NCBI GenBank assembly: GCA_964016885.1 | Contig: OZ024740.1 | Span: 319,796,001-319,860,000, forward strand | Direction of reading: 5' to 3' | DNA: 64,000 nt | Source: Eledone cirrhosa | Lineage: Eukaryota | Shown: piece after piece, positions 41,080 to 53,272 of the stretch | Layout: every line of letters starts with the position of its first letter | Position numbering within the stretch: the stretch's first letter is position 1 | Position numbers and translations under genes: made by a program | Notes under the pieces: model-generated | Database searches by the model: none | What the model was told of the DNA's origin: nothing | What the model saw: the letters and a program-made list of their open reading frames with translations, nothing else

Positions 41080-41840
41080 ATGGAGTTCTGACAAGTTTAT
41101 GACATTCCACCTTCAAGGATATCTGTATGCAATACAGGAACAAGAACTCCCTACCAAATATCTGCTACACAAAAGAGGAGGCCCATCAGTCGACAATAAA
41201 TATAGGCTATGTAAAACAAAGATCAAAGATGTTAGCCACATTGTTACCAACTGCGAAATAATGTCGTCTCGCTACTACCTCCCTATGAGACACGATGTGA
41301 TAGCTATAACCATCTGGAGCGCACTTAGGAAAACAAAATTAAAAACAAACGAGGAAGAATATATTGAGATAGATGGCACTAAGGAATACTGGTGGAACCT
41401 GAAAATAAAAACTGCCACCAAATTAAAACACAACTGGCCTGATATTGTTGTTTGGGACCACACATTGAAAATGTGCTCTGTTGTAGAAATCAGCTGACCA
41501 CTTGATGTCAACGTTGTAAAAAGAAATACAAGAGAAGGAGGACATCTACGGACCATTGATAAGGAGTTTGCAGATCCAGTATCCAAGATGCACTTTTAGC
41601 TTCAGACCCATCATTATTGGAGCTACAAGTTATATACCAAAGTATAACTGAACTTGGATTTGTGGGCAAAGAGCGCAGCTCCCTAATTCATAGACAACAA
41701 ATGGCTGCGATAGGTGACACCTTCAAAATTTGCAAAACATTCTTACGATTCAAGGGATGATAATTTCTTTTCTTTTACAACCTTGCCACCAGGAAGGTGG
41801 CCGGTCAAAAATGTACTCGAAATTAAGAGAAAGTGAGACA
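41080..41840 (+). pseudogene. R4/Dong-like non-LTR element 3' fragment (zinc knuckle + restriction-like endonuclease)
   Basis: YAIQEQEL, RLC..VSHIVTNC..RHD, KLKHNWPDIVVWD..C.VVEIS; (TACA)n flanks. Confidence 0.78.
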
Positions 41841-42178
41841 TACATACACACATGTATGCATACATACGTACATACTTACATATTTATAATCAGTACGGTT
41901 TCGAATCACATCTTAGTTGCTGTGGTGGGCTGTTTTAATCATGCCTTTGCTTATTACTGGATCTTAACTTTACTGGTTCCCATCTTTGGCTAATCAACTT
42001 TTGGGAGGCGGGAGAGTAAATGTAGTTTTATTAAACTAAATAAATCACTGAACGAAATATGTCGGTGGTAATTCGTATCATTTACATTAGAAAATCTAAT
42101 TCTCTGTTTTTCTATATATTGATAGATACATTACGAAATATGCGCGTACACAAACCCACTGTAGTAGTTCTGGTAACG

Positions 42179-42341
<163 letters not shown>

Positions 42342-42600
42342 ATGTTTGGTCAGCAGATGTCTTAGTCATATGAAGACAAGTAAAAGAACATTCGAGAGTT
42401 GGGGTAGGGATGGCGTAGATGTTATAATAGTTTGAATGTTAGGTTAGTGGTTATATATGAGTTATTGGTAACCATATTCCATCCTTGTCGCTTCCCTCAA
42501 AAAACCTAGCATTGCTACCTGTTACGCAGAGAAACGCAAAATATCCAAATACTGGGACTTGGCCAGCAAATCTGTTTGTATGTATATATATCTATATATC

Positions 42601-42661
<61 letters not shown>

Positions 42662-43050
42662 CAGGATGGATTTAGTTTGAAACTAGTTAGGCCATTATGC
42701 AACAGAGTACTTGATTCTTGGTGTAGTAGAGTATGGTTATATTATAAAGAGTCGGCAAAAACGCACAGCCGTCGGGTCCTGATTCTATATAATATATATA
42801 TATATATATAAGGAAAGCACAAACAAGGGCCAGGTCCCCTCTTCAGTTGTCTGCTGGGCGTCTCGGATATTGCAACGCATTATAGATAATATGTCTAGCC
42901 CCAGTGTGTCAATAACTTTTGTAAATTATTGGGAAGGAAAAAAGAGAGAGAAAAAATAAATGAAACAGAAGGGAAAAAAAGAGAAAAAAGGCGCAGAAAA
43001 CATACCGAGAAAGAGGGGGGAACACGAGGAGAAGCACATGTATGTAAGTA

Positions 43051-43114
<64 letters not shown>

Positions 43115-43273
43115 CAAACCAGCGGTTGAACATAAGTCCGAGGCCTTATTGACATCGAGATAGGGAGAGCGAAGTAAAACAAGTCTAACCTCGGCAGGAG
43201 TAGGCAAAAAGAGGCAGAGACGAGAGAAAACGGAAGTAGTAAGGGAACAGAAAGAAAGAGAGTATAAGTGAGT

Positions 43274-43343
<70 letters not shown>

Positions 43344-43548
43344 AAGTGAGTGAGAGAGAGGGGAAAGGGAAAGAAAGAAAGGGAAAGAAAGAAAGGAAAA
43401 GAGTTAAGAGTTATAGCAACAAGGGAGATGGAGAGGAAGAACAGGTCACAGCAAAAAATTAATAAAAATTTAAAGGAACAAGGAGCTGTGTGGTTACTTG
43501 ATAAAGTGTATTTAGAAATAATATATATATATATAGATGTATATATAA

Positions 43549-43736
43549 TTGTCTCTACGTTTGGCACAAGGCCAGCAATTACCCGGTGCATTACTGGTAC
43601 TTTATTTTATCGACCTCGTAAGGATGAAAGCAAAGTTAACCTCGGCGGGATTTGAACTCAGAATGGCAAGGGCCGTAACTCTATACGTCAAAGCATGGCG
43701 CCCGACCCTCTACTGATACTTCCAATTCACCGCCCT
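43549..43736 (-). mobile_element. tRNA-derived SINE
   Basis: Family core and boxes. Confidence 0.8.
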
Positions 43737-43805
43737 TCCATGTATATATAATATTAATATATAAGAGAACAAAGAATCAGTGTTGCATCATATATATATT
43801 TAATT

Positions 43806-43897
43806 ACATATTACATATGTTTCACTGTCGATCAGCTCGAAGAATGATGTGTTAATGATCGAACCTGACGCTGGAAACGGAAGCTCCTCAGATATGT
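43806..43897 (-). ncRNA. Type I hammerhead with long stem II in a fold-back relic (43749-44003)
   Basis: acatat-CTGAGGA-gct[55 nt]agt-GAAA-catatg-TA-atatgt. Confidence 0.7.
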
Positions 43898-44451
43898 TTT
43901 AACATGTAGACTCGCGAGTCTACATGTTAAAACATGTAATATGTAGTTAAATATATATATATGATGCAACACTGATTCTTTGTTCCCTTATATATTAATA
44001 TTACTGATACTCTGCACTCTGCTCCCCAAGAGTACCGAGTGTTCATTCGGCATACCGCCTATGGACGCAATTAATTTGCATACTTAATACCTACACGAAT
44101 TTCTGCAACACGAATTGGCGCGAAATTTATAGTACTCATTCACGTGACATTCAACAACCAACCAAATCTTAATACCTCTGGGGCCACTTTTTTCACATAA
44201 AACAGGAAGAATTTCCAAAACTGATCAGATTAGAGCAAACATCACGACCGCTCTATCTCAAAATTATCTTTGAAAAGCATTAGAAATGTGCAACCGGTAA
44301 AAACTTAAAACTAAAACTGAATACTAACCAATACTTATTACTAATTTATACTTATTCCTAATTAAACTATTTTTCAATGGGAAAAATTTGTCAGCATTTT
44401 CTTTTCCTTTTACTAATATATCACAACTCGTGTGTTACACCTCTATTTTTT

Positions 44452-44502
<51 letters not shown>

Positions 44503-44609
44503 TATTTTCCGTTGTGTTGTAATATAAATATTACACACAGTAGATTATCAGCTCACGTAGAGTTTGCTCGACGGTTCCAGTTGTAGTTCCAAAAGTAATC
44601 CGGAGAAAA

Positions 44610-44879
44610 ATAGAAAGATTTGAATGGATACAGTTTAGTTGAAAGGAATTTATTGACACGTGTTTCTATAACAGTTACATAACCTGAAAACAGCTTCTAT
44701 CTACAAAGTTTTAGTTATGCAGACATTCAATATTTCAATGTTATTATTTACTGAAATATTGAATGTCTGCATAACTAAAACTTTGTAGATAGCAGCTTTT
44801 TTCAGGTTATGTAACTGTTATAGAAACACGTGTCAATAAATTCCTTTCAACTAAACTGTATCCATTCAAATCTTTCTAT
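44610..44879. repeat. Inverted repeat with about 120-bp arms; PLE 3'-end relic with the 3' half of a hammerhead
   Basis: Arms 44610-44727 and 44752-44879; GAAA-cacgtg-TC at 44823-44834. Confidence 0.8.
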
Positions 44880-44896
44880 ATATATATATATATATA

Positions 44897-45731
44897 TCAA
44901 ATGGACCAAACTCTCACATGCTCCTCCATACCGGAGTGGGATGAAAACGTGCCCGTTGTGTAATAATGAGCTCTTCCATATCCTAAGCTCAAGCCACCAA
45001 CTACTCAACAACAAAATTGAAAGGTCAATTTTTTGCCAGCATAAACTGAAAGCGAAATTCTCACACTTCAAACCTTCAACCAAATCCTAACACTACCTAT
45101 CTTTCTACCCTAAATAACAATTCTACACCCCTAAAAATAGACTATATATGAAATTTAATACTTTCTTCCTTCATCTGTTCTCTGGTAAGACTTTCGCCTG
45201 TCCACTTCCAAATGCCTCTTAAAATTCTATCTTCCTTCTCTCTCCCTCTACTCATCACAACTTTTAGCACACAACCCTCCTCCCCCTCCCTATACAAATC
45301 CTCTCACACCACACTATCTCTTTCTCTTTTTCTCCCTACCTCCATCCCTTTTCTCTCTCTCTCTCGCCCTCTCTTTTGCCCCGCTCTCTCTCTGTCCCTC
45401 TATATTACACTACTACACCTTATTTCATTTCCTAAGGTCATTCCAACTTAGTATTTTGAAAATTCGGATGCTACAGTATCTTTCTTGATTGCCTATTATA
45501 ACATAGTGTAGCAATAATGGACTGAAATTCTGATGAAACAATTGTTAATACGTGGATTAAATTCTTTTGTAACTGTTTACCTTCGTCCTATTTCTCTTCT
45601 TTGATTACACTCCTCGTTTGTTCATGTTTCCACTACAGAATCCCTACCAACCTGTCGAGTCACCTTAACGCATGTTGAGAACTTTCCTCACAACTTGTTC
45701 TACCAAGCTTTGGAATACTCCTAATAACTGA
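44897..45731 (+). mobile_element. PLE extreme 3' fragment (GIY-YIG C-terminus + UTR)
   Basis: KWTKLSHAPPYRSGMKTCPLCNNELFHIL..LLNNKIE..CQHK, homologous to 25441-25626; (TA)n flanks. Confidence 0.75.
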
Positions 45732-45971
45732 ATATATATATATATATATATAATTAAGTTAAAAATGTACATCCACATATGTATACTGAAATACTAGTAT
45801 GCATATGAATACACACACGTGTACATATGTAGATGTACCGAGTTTTTCACTGGACACTTTACTGTGAGTGTTCAGCTATTCTGTATGTAAACACACAGAC
45901 AAACCGGTTTTTAGAGTCATACTGGTTTTCGAGGAAACACCTTTCCTCTATTCTCCAGAAAGCCAGACAGG

Positions 45972-46016
45972 AATATTGGACTAGTTTCGATGTTGTTACA
46001 TCTCATCAGCAATATT
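45972..46016 (-). ncRNA. Type I hammerhead (inverted unit)
   Basis: aatattg-CTGATGA-gatgt(aaca)acatc-GAAA-ctag-TC-caatatt. Confidence 0.9.
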
Positions 46017-46324
46017 TACCTATCCTCCGGCCTTTCTAGAGAATCGTAAAAGCACATATCGTTATATGCTTTTTCTATGAAAATTAGTAGTGGGCAGACT
46101 AATTTGCATAGAGCGTGAGTACGTACCGGTTCAGCGGAGACGATAAAAACAAATAACGAAACGAAATTAAATTTCGTTTCGTTTGTAACTCACTTTATCG
46201 TCTCCGCTAAACCGGTACGTACTCACGCTCTATGCAAATTAGTCTGCCCACTACTAATTTTCATAGAAAAAGCATATAACGATATGTGCTTTTACGATTC
46301 TCTAGAAAGGCCGGAGGATAGGTA

Positions 46325-46369
46325 AATATTGCTGATGAGATGTAACAACATGGAAACTAGTCCAATATT
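46325..46369 (+). ncRNA. Type I hammerhead, unit 1 (stem II closing pair broken at 46352)
   Basis: Same motif with acatG instead of acatC. Confidence 0.8.
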
Positions 46370-46789
46370 CCTGTCTGGCTTTCTGGAGAATAGAGGAAAG
46401 GTGTTTCCTCGAAAACCAGTATGACTCTAAAAACCGGTTTGTCTGTGTGTTTACATACAGAATAGCTGAACACTCACAGTAAAGTGTCCAGTGAAAAACT
46501 CGGTACATCTACATATGTACACGTGTGTGTATTCATATGCATACTAGTATTTCAGTATACATATGTGGATGTACATTTTTAACTTAATTGTTTAAGCGTC
46601 AGTCATACAAAAGTGAGTTACAAACGAAACGAAATTTAATTTCGTTTCGTTATTTGTTTTTATCGTCTCCGCTGAACCGGTACGTACTCACGCTCTATGC
46701 AAATTAGTCTGCCCACTACTAACTTTCATAGAAAAAGCATATAACGATATGTGCTTTTACGATTCTCTAGAAAGGCCGGAGGATAGGTA

Positions 46790-46834
46790 AATATTGCTGA
46801 TGAGATGTAACAACATCGAAACTAGTCCAATATT
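46790..46834 (+). ncRNA. Type I hammerhead, unit 2
   Basis: Complete core, GUC cleavage triplet. Confidence 0.92.
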
Positions 46835-47254
46835 CCTGTCTGGCTTTCTGGAGAATAGAGGAAAGGTGTTTCCTCGAAAACCAGTATGACTCTAAAAACC
46901 GGTTTGTCTGTGTGTTTACATACAGAATAGCTGAACACTCACAGTAAAGTGTCCAGTGAAAACCTCGGTACATCTACATATGTACACGTGTGTGTATTCA
47001 TATGCATACTAGTATTTCAGTATACATATGTGGATGTACATTTTAAACTTAATTGTTTAAGCGTCAGTCATACAAAAGTGAGTTACAAACGAAACGAAAT
47101 TTAATTTCGTTTCGTTATTTGTTTTTATCGTCTCCGCTGAACCGGTACGTACTCACGCTCTATGCAAATTAGTCTGCCCAATACTAATTTTCATAGAAAA
47201 AGCATATAACGATATGTGCTTTTACGATTCTCTAGAAAGGCCGGAGGATAGGTA

Positions 47255-47299
47255 AATATTGCTGATGAGATGTAACAACATCGAAACTAGTCCAATATT
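47255..47299 (+). ncRNA. Type I hammerhead, unit 3
   Basis: Complete core, GUC cleavage triplet. Confidence 0.92.
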
Positions 47300-47719
47300 C
47301 CTGTCTGGCTTTCTGGAGAATAGAGGAAAGGTGTTTCCTCGAAAACCAGTATGACTCTAAAAACCGGTTTGTCTGTGTGTTTACATACAGAATAGCTGAA
47401 CACTCACAGTAAAGTGTCCAGTGAAAAACTCGGTACATCTACATATGTACACGTGTGTGTATTCATATGCAAACTAGTATTTCAGTATACATATGTGGAT
47501 GTACATTTTTAACTTAATTGTTTAATCGTCAGTCATACAAAAGTGAGTTACAAACGAAACGAAATTTAATTTCGTTTCGTTATTTGTTTTTATCGTCTCC
47601 GCTGAACCGGTACGTACTCACGCTCTATGCAAATTAGTCTGCCCAATACTAATTTTCATAGAAAAAGCATATAACGATATGTGCTTTTACGATTCTCTAG
47701 AAAGGCCGGAGGATAGGTA

Positions 47720-47764
47720 AATATTGCTGATGAGATGTAACAACATCGAAACTAGTCCAATATT
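47720..47764 (+). ncRNA. Type I hammerhead, unit 4
   Basis: Complete core, GUC cleavage triplet. Confidence 0.92.
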
Positions 47765-48051
47765 CCTGTCTGGCTTTCTGTAGAATAGAGGAAAGGTGTT
47801 TCCTCGAAAACCAGTATGACTCTAAAAACCGGTTTGTCTGTGTGTTTACATACAGAATAGCTGAACACTCACAGTAAAGTGTCTAGTGAAAAACTCGGTA
47901 CATTTACATATGTACACGTGTGTGTATTCATATGCATACTAGTATTTCAGTATACATATGTGGATGTACATTTTTAACTTAATTGTTTAAGCGTCAGTCA
48001 TACAAAAGTGAGTTACAAACGAAACGAAATTTAATTTCGTTTCGTTATTTG

Positions 48052-48088
<37 letters not shown>

Positions 48089-48511
48089 ATAATAATAAAT
48101 TTGAAGACTAAAATCCAAAGAGGGCTCGATAAGGATAAATATATATCAAATATATAAGAACCGTAGAGCAAATATTTATTAAAATAACAGATTAAAGTTT
48201 AAGCAAAGAATCGCTGCTTTCACTCTTAACGGGATCTTCTGAAACTTTCAGAAGATCCCGTTAAGGGTGAAAGCACCGATTCTTTATTTTAATATATATA
48301 TATATATGTGTGTAGATAAATCTACCAAAAGTTTACGGTAGTGTCCAATCCGTATGAAGAACTCAATGTAATCCGGATATCATGGAAAGAAGAGATGCAT
48401 TCAAAAATCACTTTCGGTGAAAGATAAACGGAATACAGAGTCAAGATAAAACATTAAAAAAATAATGAATAAAACAATGAAACAGTTCCTTATATTAAAC
48501 AAAAAAAGTTC

Positions 48512-48648
48512 ATTATTTAGCGATCGTTTCTAGGACATATATGTGTTAGAATTGGCATGCATATTCAAAAGATCTATGTACAAAATTATACAAACTATCA
48601 AAGAGAATATACATACCAACACATATATATGCTGTCTTCAGAAATAAT
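48512..48648 (-). ncRNA. Long-stem-II hammerhead with mutated cleavage triplet
   Basis: attattt-CTGAAGA-[104 nt]-GAAA-cgatcg-CT-aaataat. Confidence 0.55.
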
Positions 48649-49264
48649 GAAGTATATTTATTGATAATAACAACAATTCAAAATTACAGGTCTGTTTGGG
48701 AACAGATTTTAAATAGACCAATGAAATACATAAAAATTCATCAAGAAAATACAGTTAGGTGTGTGTATATATGTAAGTAACTTCGTTCACAGATATGCAT
48801 AAAAATGTATGTTCACATACATACGCATGTCGAAAAAGTGTATGTAAATATAAAAATTCAGGGCTAATGTCTCTGTATGTTTATAATCCACAGACAAAAT
48901 ATACATACATATACATACATATATACACACATATATACACACATACACATACATTCATACACACACATGCATATACACATAAACACACACATACCCACGA
49001 ACACCCACACACATATATACACACACACACACACACATACGTATATATTATTTTTATAACTATATGGATATTGAGGCGCACACATAAACACGGCCACATA
49101 CACTTACATCTAGATGAAGAATTAAAAGTAGGTAAGGGAGTAAGTAATTAAGGAGGGTGTCAGACTCAGCATATTTATAAAAATGTATCTATAAATTTAG
49201 AAATAAAAAGAAATATAATAAAAGAAATAAACAAGTAAAACGTATACTCATACATATACATACA

Positions 49265-49324
<60 letters not shown>

Positions 49325-49631
49325 CATATATATATATATACATATACACATACGCACAACACACATATATACATATATGTACACACACATACACACATAC
49401 ATACACATACATATATATATACACATATATATACATATATATACATATATATATACACACACATACATATACACACATATATATACACACACACACATAC
49501 ATATACGTATATATACATACACACACATACCCATGTATATATACACACAACCACACACTCACACAACACACTCAGACATACATAAATATAGAGACATACA
49601 TACACACATATATACATATACATATATATAT

Positions 49632-49668
<37 letters not shown>

Positions 49669-49798
49669 CATACACATATATATATATATATATATAAAAT
49701 AAATAAATAAATACACACAGTCAGACAATTATGCACATATATACACATACATACACACATCTCTAAAAATACATATACATACACATACATACATACAC

Positions 49799-49852
<54 letters not shown>

Positions 49853-50974
49853 TCATACACACTTATTTACATGCGCACATATGTATTTTTATACTCACAT
49901 ACAAACACACAAACATACATACATACTTACGTACACATACATACATCCACGCTTACAAATACGAATAATTATAGGGGGGGGGGATTAAAATTATTAGTGG
50001 GAAATAGTAAATATAGGTTTCAAGGAACATAGAATATTAATCTGCATTTAAATCATATGTGTTTACATAGTAGTGTCGGTATTAGGAAATGGTATTTGTA
50101 AGAAAGAAGGCTAAATTATGCATTTTAATATAAGTAGACTATTAATTATAGGTTAATTAAAGTAAAAATAGTTAATATATTAATTTCTAAGGTGTATACT
50201 ACTTAGGTTTATAATATTTAAAGCGGAATTTTGAAGTTAAACAGTAGTAGAGTATTAATTATAGCATAACTAAATTAAAAATATTAACATGATGGTATCA
50301 ATTTTAGGAAATTAATTTTGTAATAGGGAAAGCCAAATCAAGTATTTCATCGGTAGTAGAATATTAATTATAGGTTAACTAAATTAAAAATTATATATTA
50401 ATTTCTATAGTATATGTTAATTAGGTTTATAATAATTAAAGCAAATTTTGTATTTTATCTATAGTAGAATATAATTATAGGTTAACTAAAATTAAAAGTA
50501 ATCTATATATTTATTTGTAAAGAATATATTAATTAGGTATATATTTAAAAGTTTTTCTCAGTTTTATGATTACATGATATTCTGCAATCCATCTGTATTA
50601 GAATTTTAATTTTAAGCTAACTTAATTAAAATTATAGGTTAACTAAATTAAAATTAATTTATAAATTAATTTCTAAATTGTACATTAATTAGGTTTATAA
50701 TATTAAAAAGTATTTCTCTGTTATTGATTACACGATATTTTGTTATATTTCATCTGTAAAGGAATTTTAATAAAAGGTTAAATAAACTAAAATTAATCTA
50801 TAAATTAATTTCCAAAGTATATATTAATTATGTTAATAATATTTAAAAGTTTTTCACAGTTTATGATTACACAATATTTTTTAATTTCATCGGTAGTAGA
50901 ATTTTAATTAAATTAAAATTATAGGTTAACTACATTTAAATTAATTTATATATTAATTTCTAAAATATATATTA

Positions 50975-52530
50975 TTAATTAGGTTTATAATATTTAAACG
51001 TTTTTCTCAGTTTATGATTACACGATATAATTAATTCCTGTCGCTTATTTAATAGGATATCCTTAGATTTCATTATTTCAAATAGTTCTTGGGAACACAA
51101 TCTACATTCATTTCTATTATTTTGATAAGGGGTGGCTCTTTTGAGCACACTCCAGGTCATATCATATTCTATATTCTTATTTCTATAATAATTAATTTTT
51201 TCTGCTAGAGATGTTGTATTAGCCAGTGCGGCATTTTTAAAACTATGTTTGTGGGTATTAAACCTTACCTTAAAATTGTTAGAAGTAGCTCCTATATATG
51301 AGCAAATAGAATCTTTAGTTTTAACTTTACATTTATAAACTATGTTGTTAACAAGACAATTTCCTTTTAATGGGCAGTTTGCTTTGTTTCTACAGTTACA
51401 ACCTTTCGTTAATTCTGTATTTGAGGAGATATTATGGTTAGTTTGATGTATTGGTGGTATACTTATGGTTTTTTTACATTTATATGCATTATAGGCACTT
51501 ATATTTTGTTTTATGTTTTTGGTTGTTGAGTATGAGAATTTAACTGTTGATCTATTTAAGATTTGATGGTATTTGTGGTTTGGCGGGAAGTTTTTCTCTA
51601 GGATATTAAAAAATTTTTTAGCAATATTATCCTTAATTTGTAAATTAAATGGAGCATTATACCAAGTAACTCGTCTATTACGGTTTCTATGTTGTTTATT
51701 GTTTTTATAGGATGCATCGTGATGTTTACTAGGAGGATTAATGTTAATGACCTCACCACGCACATTTTTAGTTAGATTTATTGATTTAGGAGTTTTAGCT
51801 TGTTTATTAGGAGTTTTATTATTAACATTTATTAGAGTTGTATGATGAGTAGTTTTTTGAGAGTTACTATACTTTATATTAGAGGAGTTAGAGAAATTTG
51901 GTTTTATGTTGGTATTTTGGGATATAGTGTGAGTGGCATTTAGGTGTGTACTTTTCATTTGGTGTTTGTTGGTAATGTTAGGTTGTATGTTTATAGTGTT
52001 ATTAGTAGAAGGTATATATACCAATCTATTTTTGTGGCCACTTCTATCTAGAGCTTCGTTATAGAAGGTCGCATTTTTATCAAATACATCTTGGTTAGAC
52101 GAAAGGTTAGAAATTCTAAGTGATATATTATATGCAAGGTTTTTAAGGATAGATTTAGGGTGATTAAATTGTGAGTGTATGTAGTGTAAGTTTTGGTTGG
52201 GTTTATGGTAAGGTTGGTAGATACACGTAGCTAAGTCTAAAGTTATATCTAGGAAATTAACTACTTTACTTGTGTTTTCAAAAGTAATATGAAGACTATA
52301 ATAGTCTTTAAGGAAAGTTCTAATAAGCTTTTTGTTTTTTTCTATTTCTGAGAGGCTAAGGTTATTGGAAAGAAGAAGACAGTCATCACGATATAAACCA
52401 CCTTAAAGGTGGGGAAAGGAAGCATTTGTGTTAAAAAGAAGAAAGAGGCCCACAAGATCAGTAATTTGGGCAGAATCGCTTGAACCCATAGTAATATCAA
52501 ATAGATTACTATATGTGTTTCTGGTCCAGT
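50975..52530 (-). pseudogene. PLE RT (partial) + CxC + GIY-YIG; one in-frame stop at 52403-52405
   Basis: Same frame upstream of the called ORF reads FDITMGSSDSAQITDLVG, GGLYRDD (YRDD 52382-52393), VNFLDITL, YHKPN, NHPKS; then WYNAPF, CNCRNKANCPLKGNC, IVYKC..YIGAT. Confidence 0.9.
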
Positions 52531-53135
52531 GTGTATTTATATGTATGAGTATATGTTTTACTTGTTTATTTCTTTTATTATATTTCTTTTTATTTCTAAA
52601 TTTATAGATACATTTTTATAAATATGCTGAGTCTGACACCCTCCTTAATTACTTACTCCCTTACCTACTTTTAATTCTGCATCTAGATGTAAGTGTATGT
52701 GGCCGTGTTTATGTGTGCGCCTCAATATCCATATAGTTATAATAATAATATATACGTATGTGTGTGTGTGTATATATGTGTGTGGGTGTTCGTGGGTATG
52801 TGTGTGTTTATGTGTATATGCATGTGTGTGTATGAATGTATGTGTGTATATATGTGTGTATATATGTATGTATATGTATGTATATTTTGTCTGTGGATTA
52901 TAAACATACAGAGACATTAGCCCTGAATTTTTATATTTACATACACTTTTTCGACATGCGTATGCATGTGAACATACATTTTTATGCATATCTGTGAACG
53001 AAGTTACTTACATATATACACACACCTAACTGTATTTTCTTGATGAATTTTTATGTATTTCATTGGTCTATTTAAAATCTGTTCCCAAACAGACCTGTAA
53101 TTTTGAATTGTTGTTATTATCAATAAATATACTTC

Positions 53136-53272
53136 ATTATTTCTGAAGACAGCATATATATGTGTTGGTATGTATATTCTCTTTGATAGTTTGTATAATT
53201 TTGTACATAGATCTTTTGAATATGCATGCCAATTCTAACACATATATGTCCTAGAAACGATCGTTAAATAAT
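53136..53272 (+). ncRNA. Type I hammerhead with 104-nt stem II
   Basis: attattt-CTGAAGA-..atatatgtgttgg..ctaacacatatat..-GAAA-cgatcg-TT-aaataat. Confidence 0.62.

Larger units (their letters stand above)
45752..48058 (+). mobile_element. Retrozyme-like array: one inverted unit (45752-46196) plus four direct 465-bp hammerhead-containing units (46197-48056)
   Basis: Exact 465-bp period (46197, 46662, 47127, 47592, 48057), one hammerhead per unit, no credible ORF, (TA)n on both sides. Confidence 0.88.

Noticed and set aside
42820-42860. Minus-strand CTGAAGA-gggg..ccc hammerhead candidate
   Set aside because: No GAAA or cleavage site follows
45520-45600. CTGATGA in the PLE 3' UTR
   Set aside because: No matching GAAA/NUH/stem I found; probably decayed
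45833-47438. Repeated 68-aa ORF in the 465-bp units
   Set aside because: Antisense to the ribozyme, no recognisable motif, disrupted in unit 4; conservation only reflects unit identity
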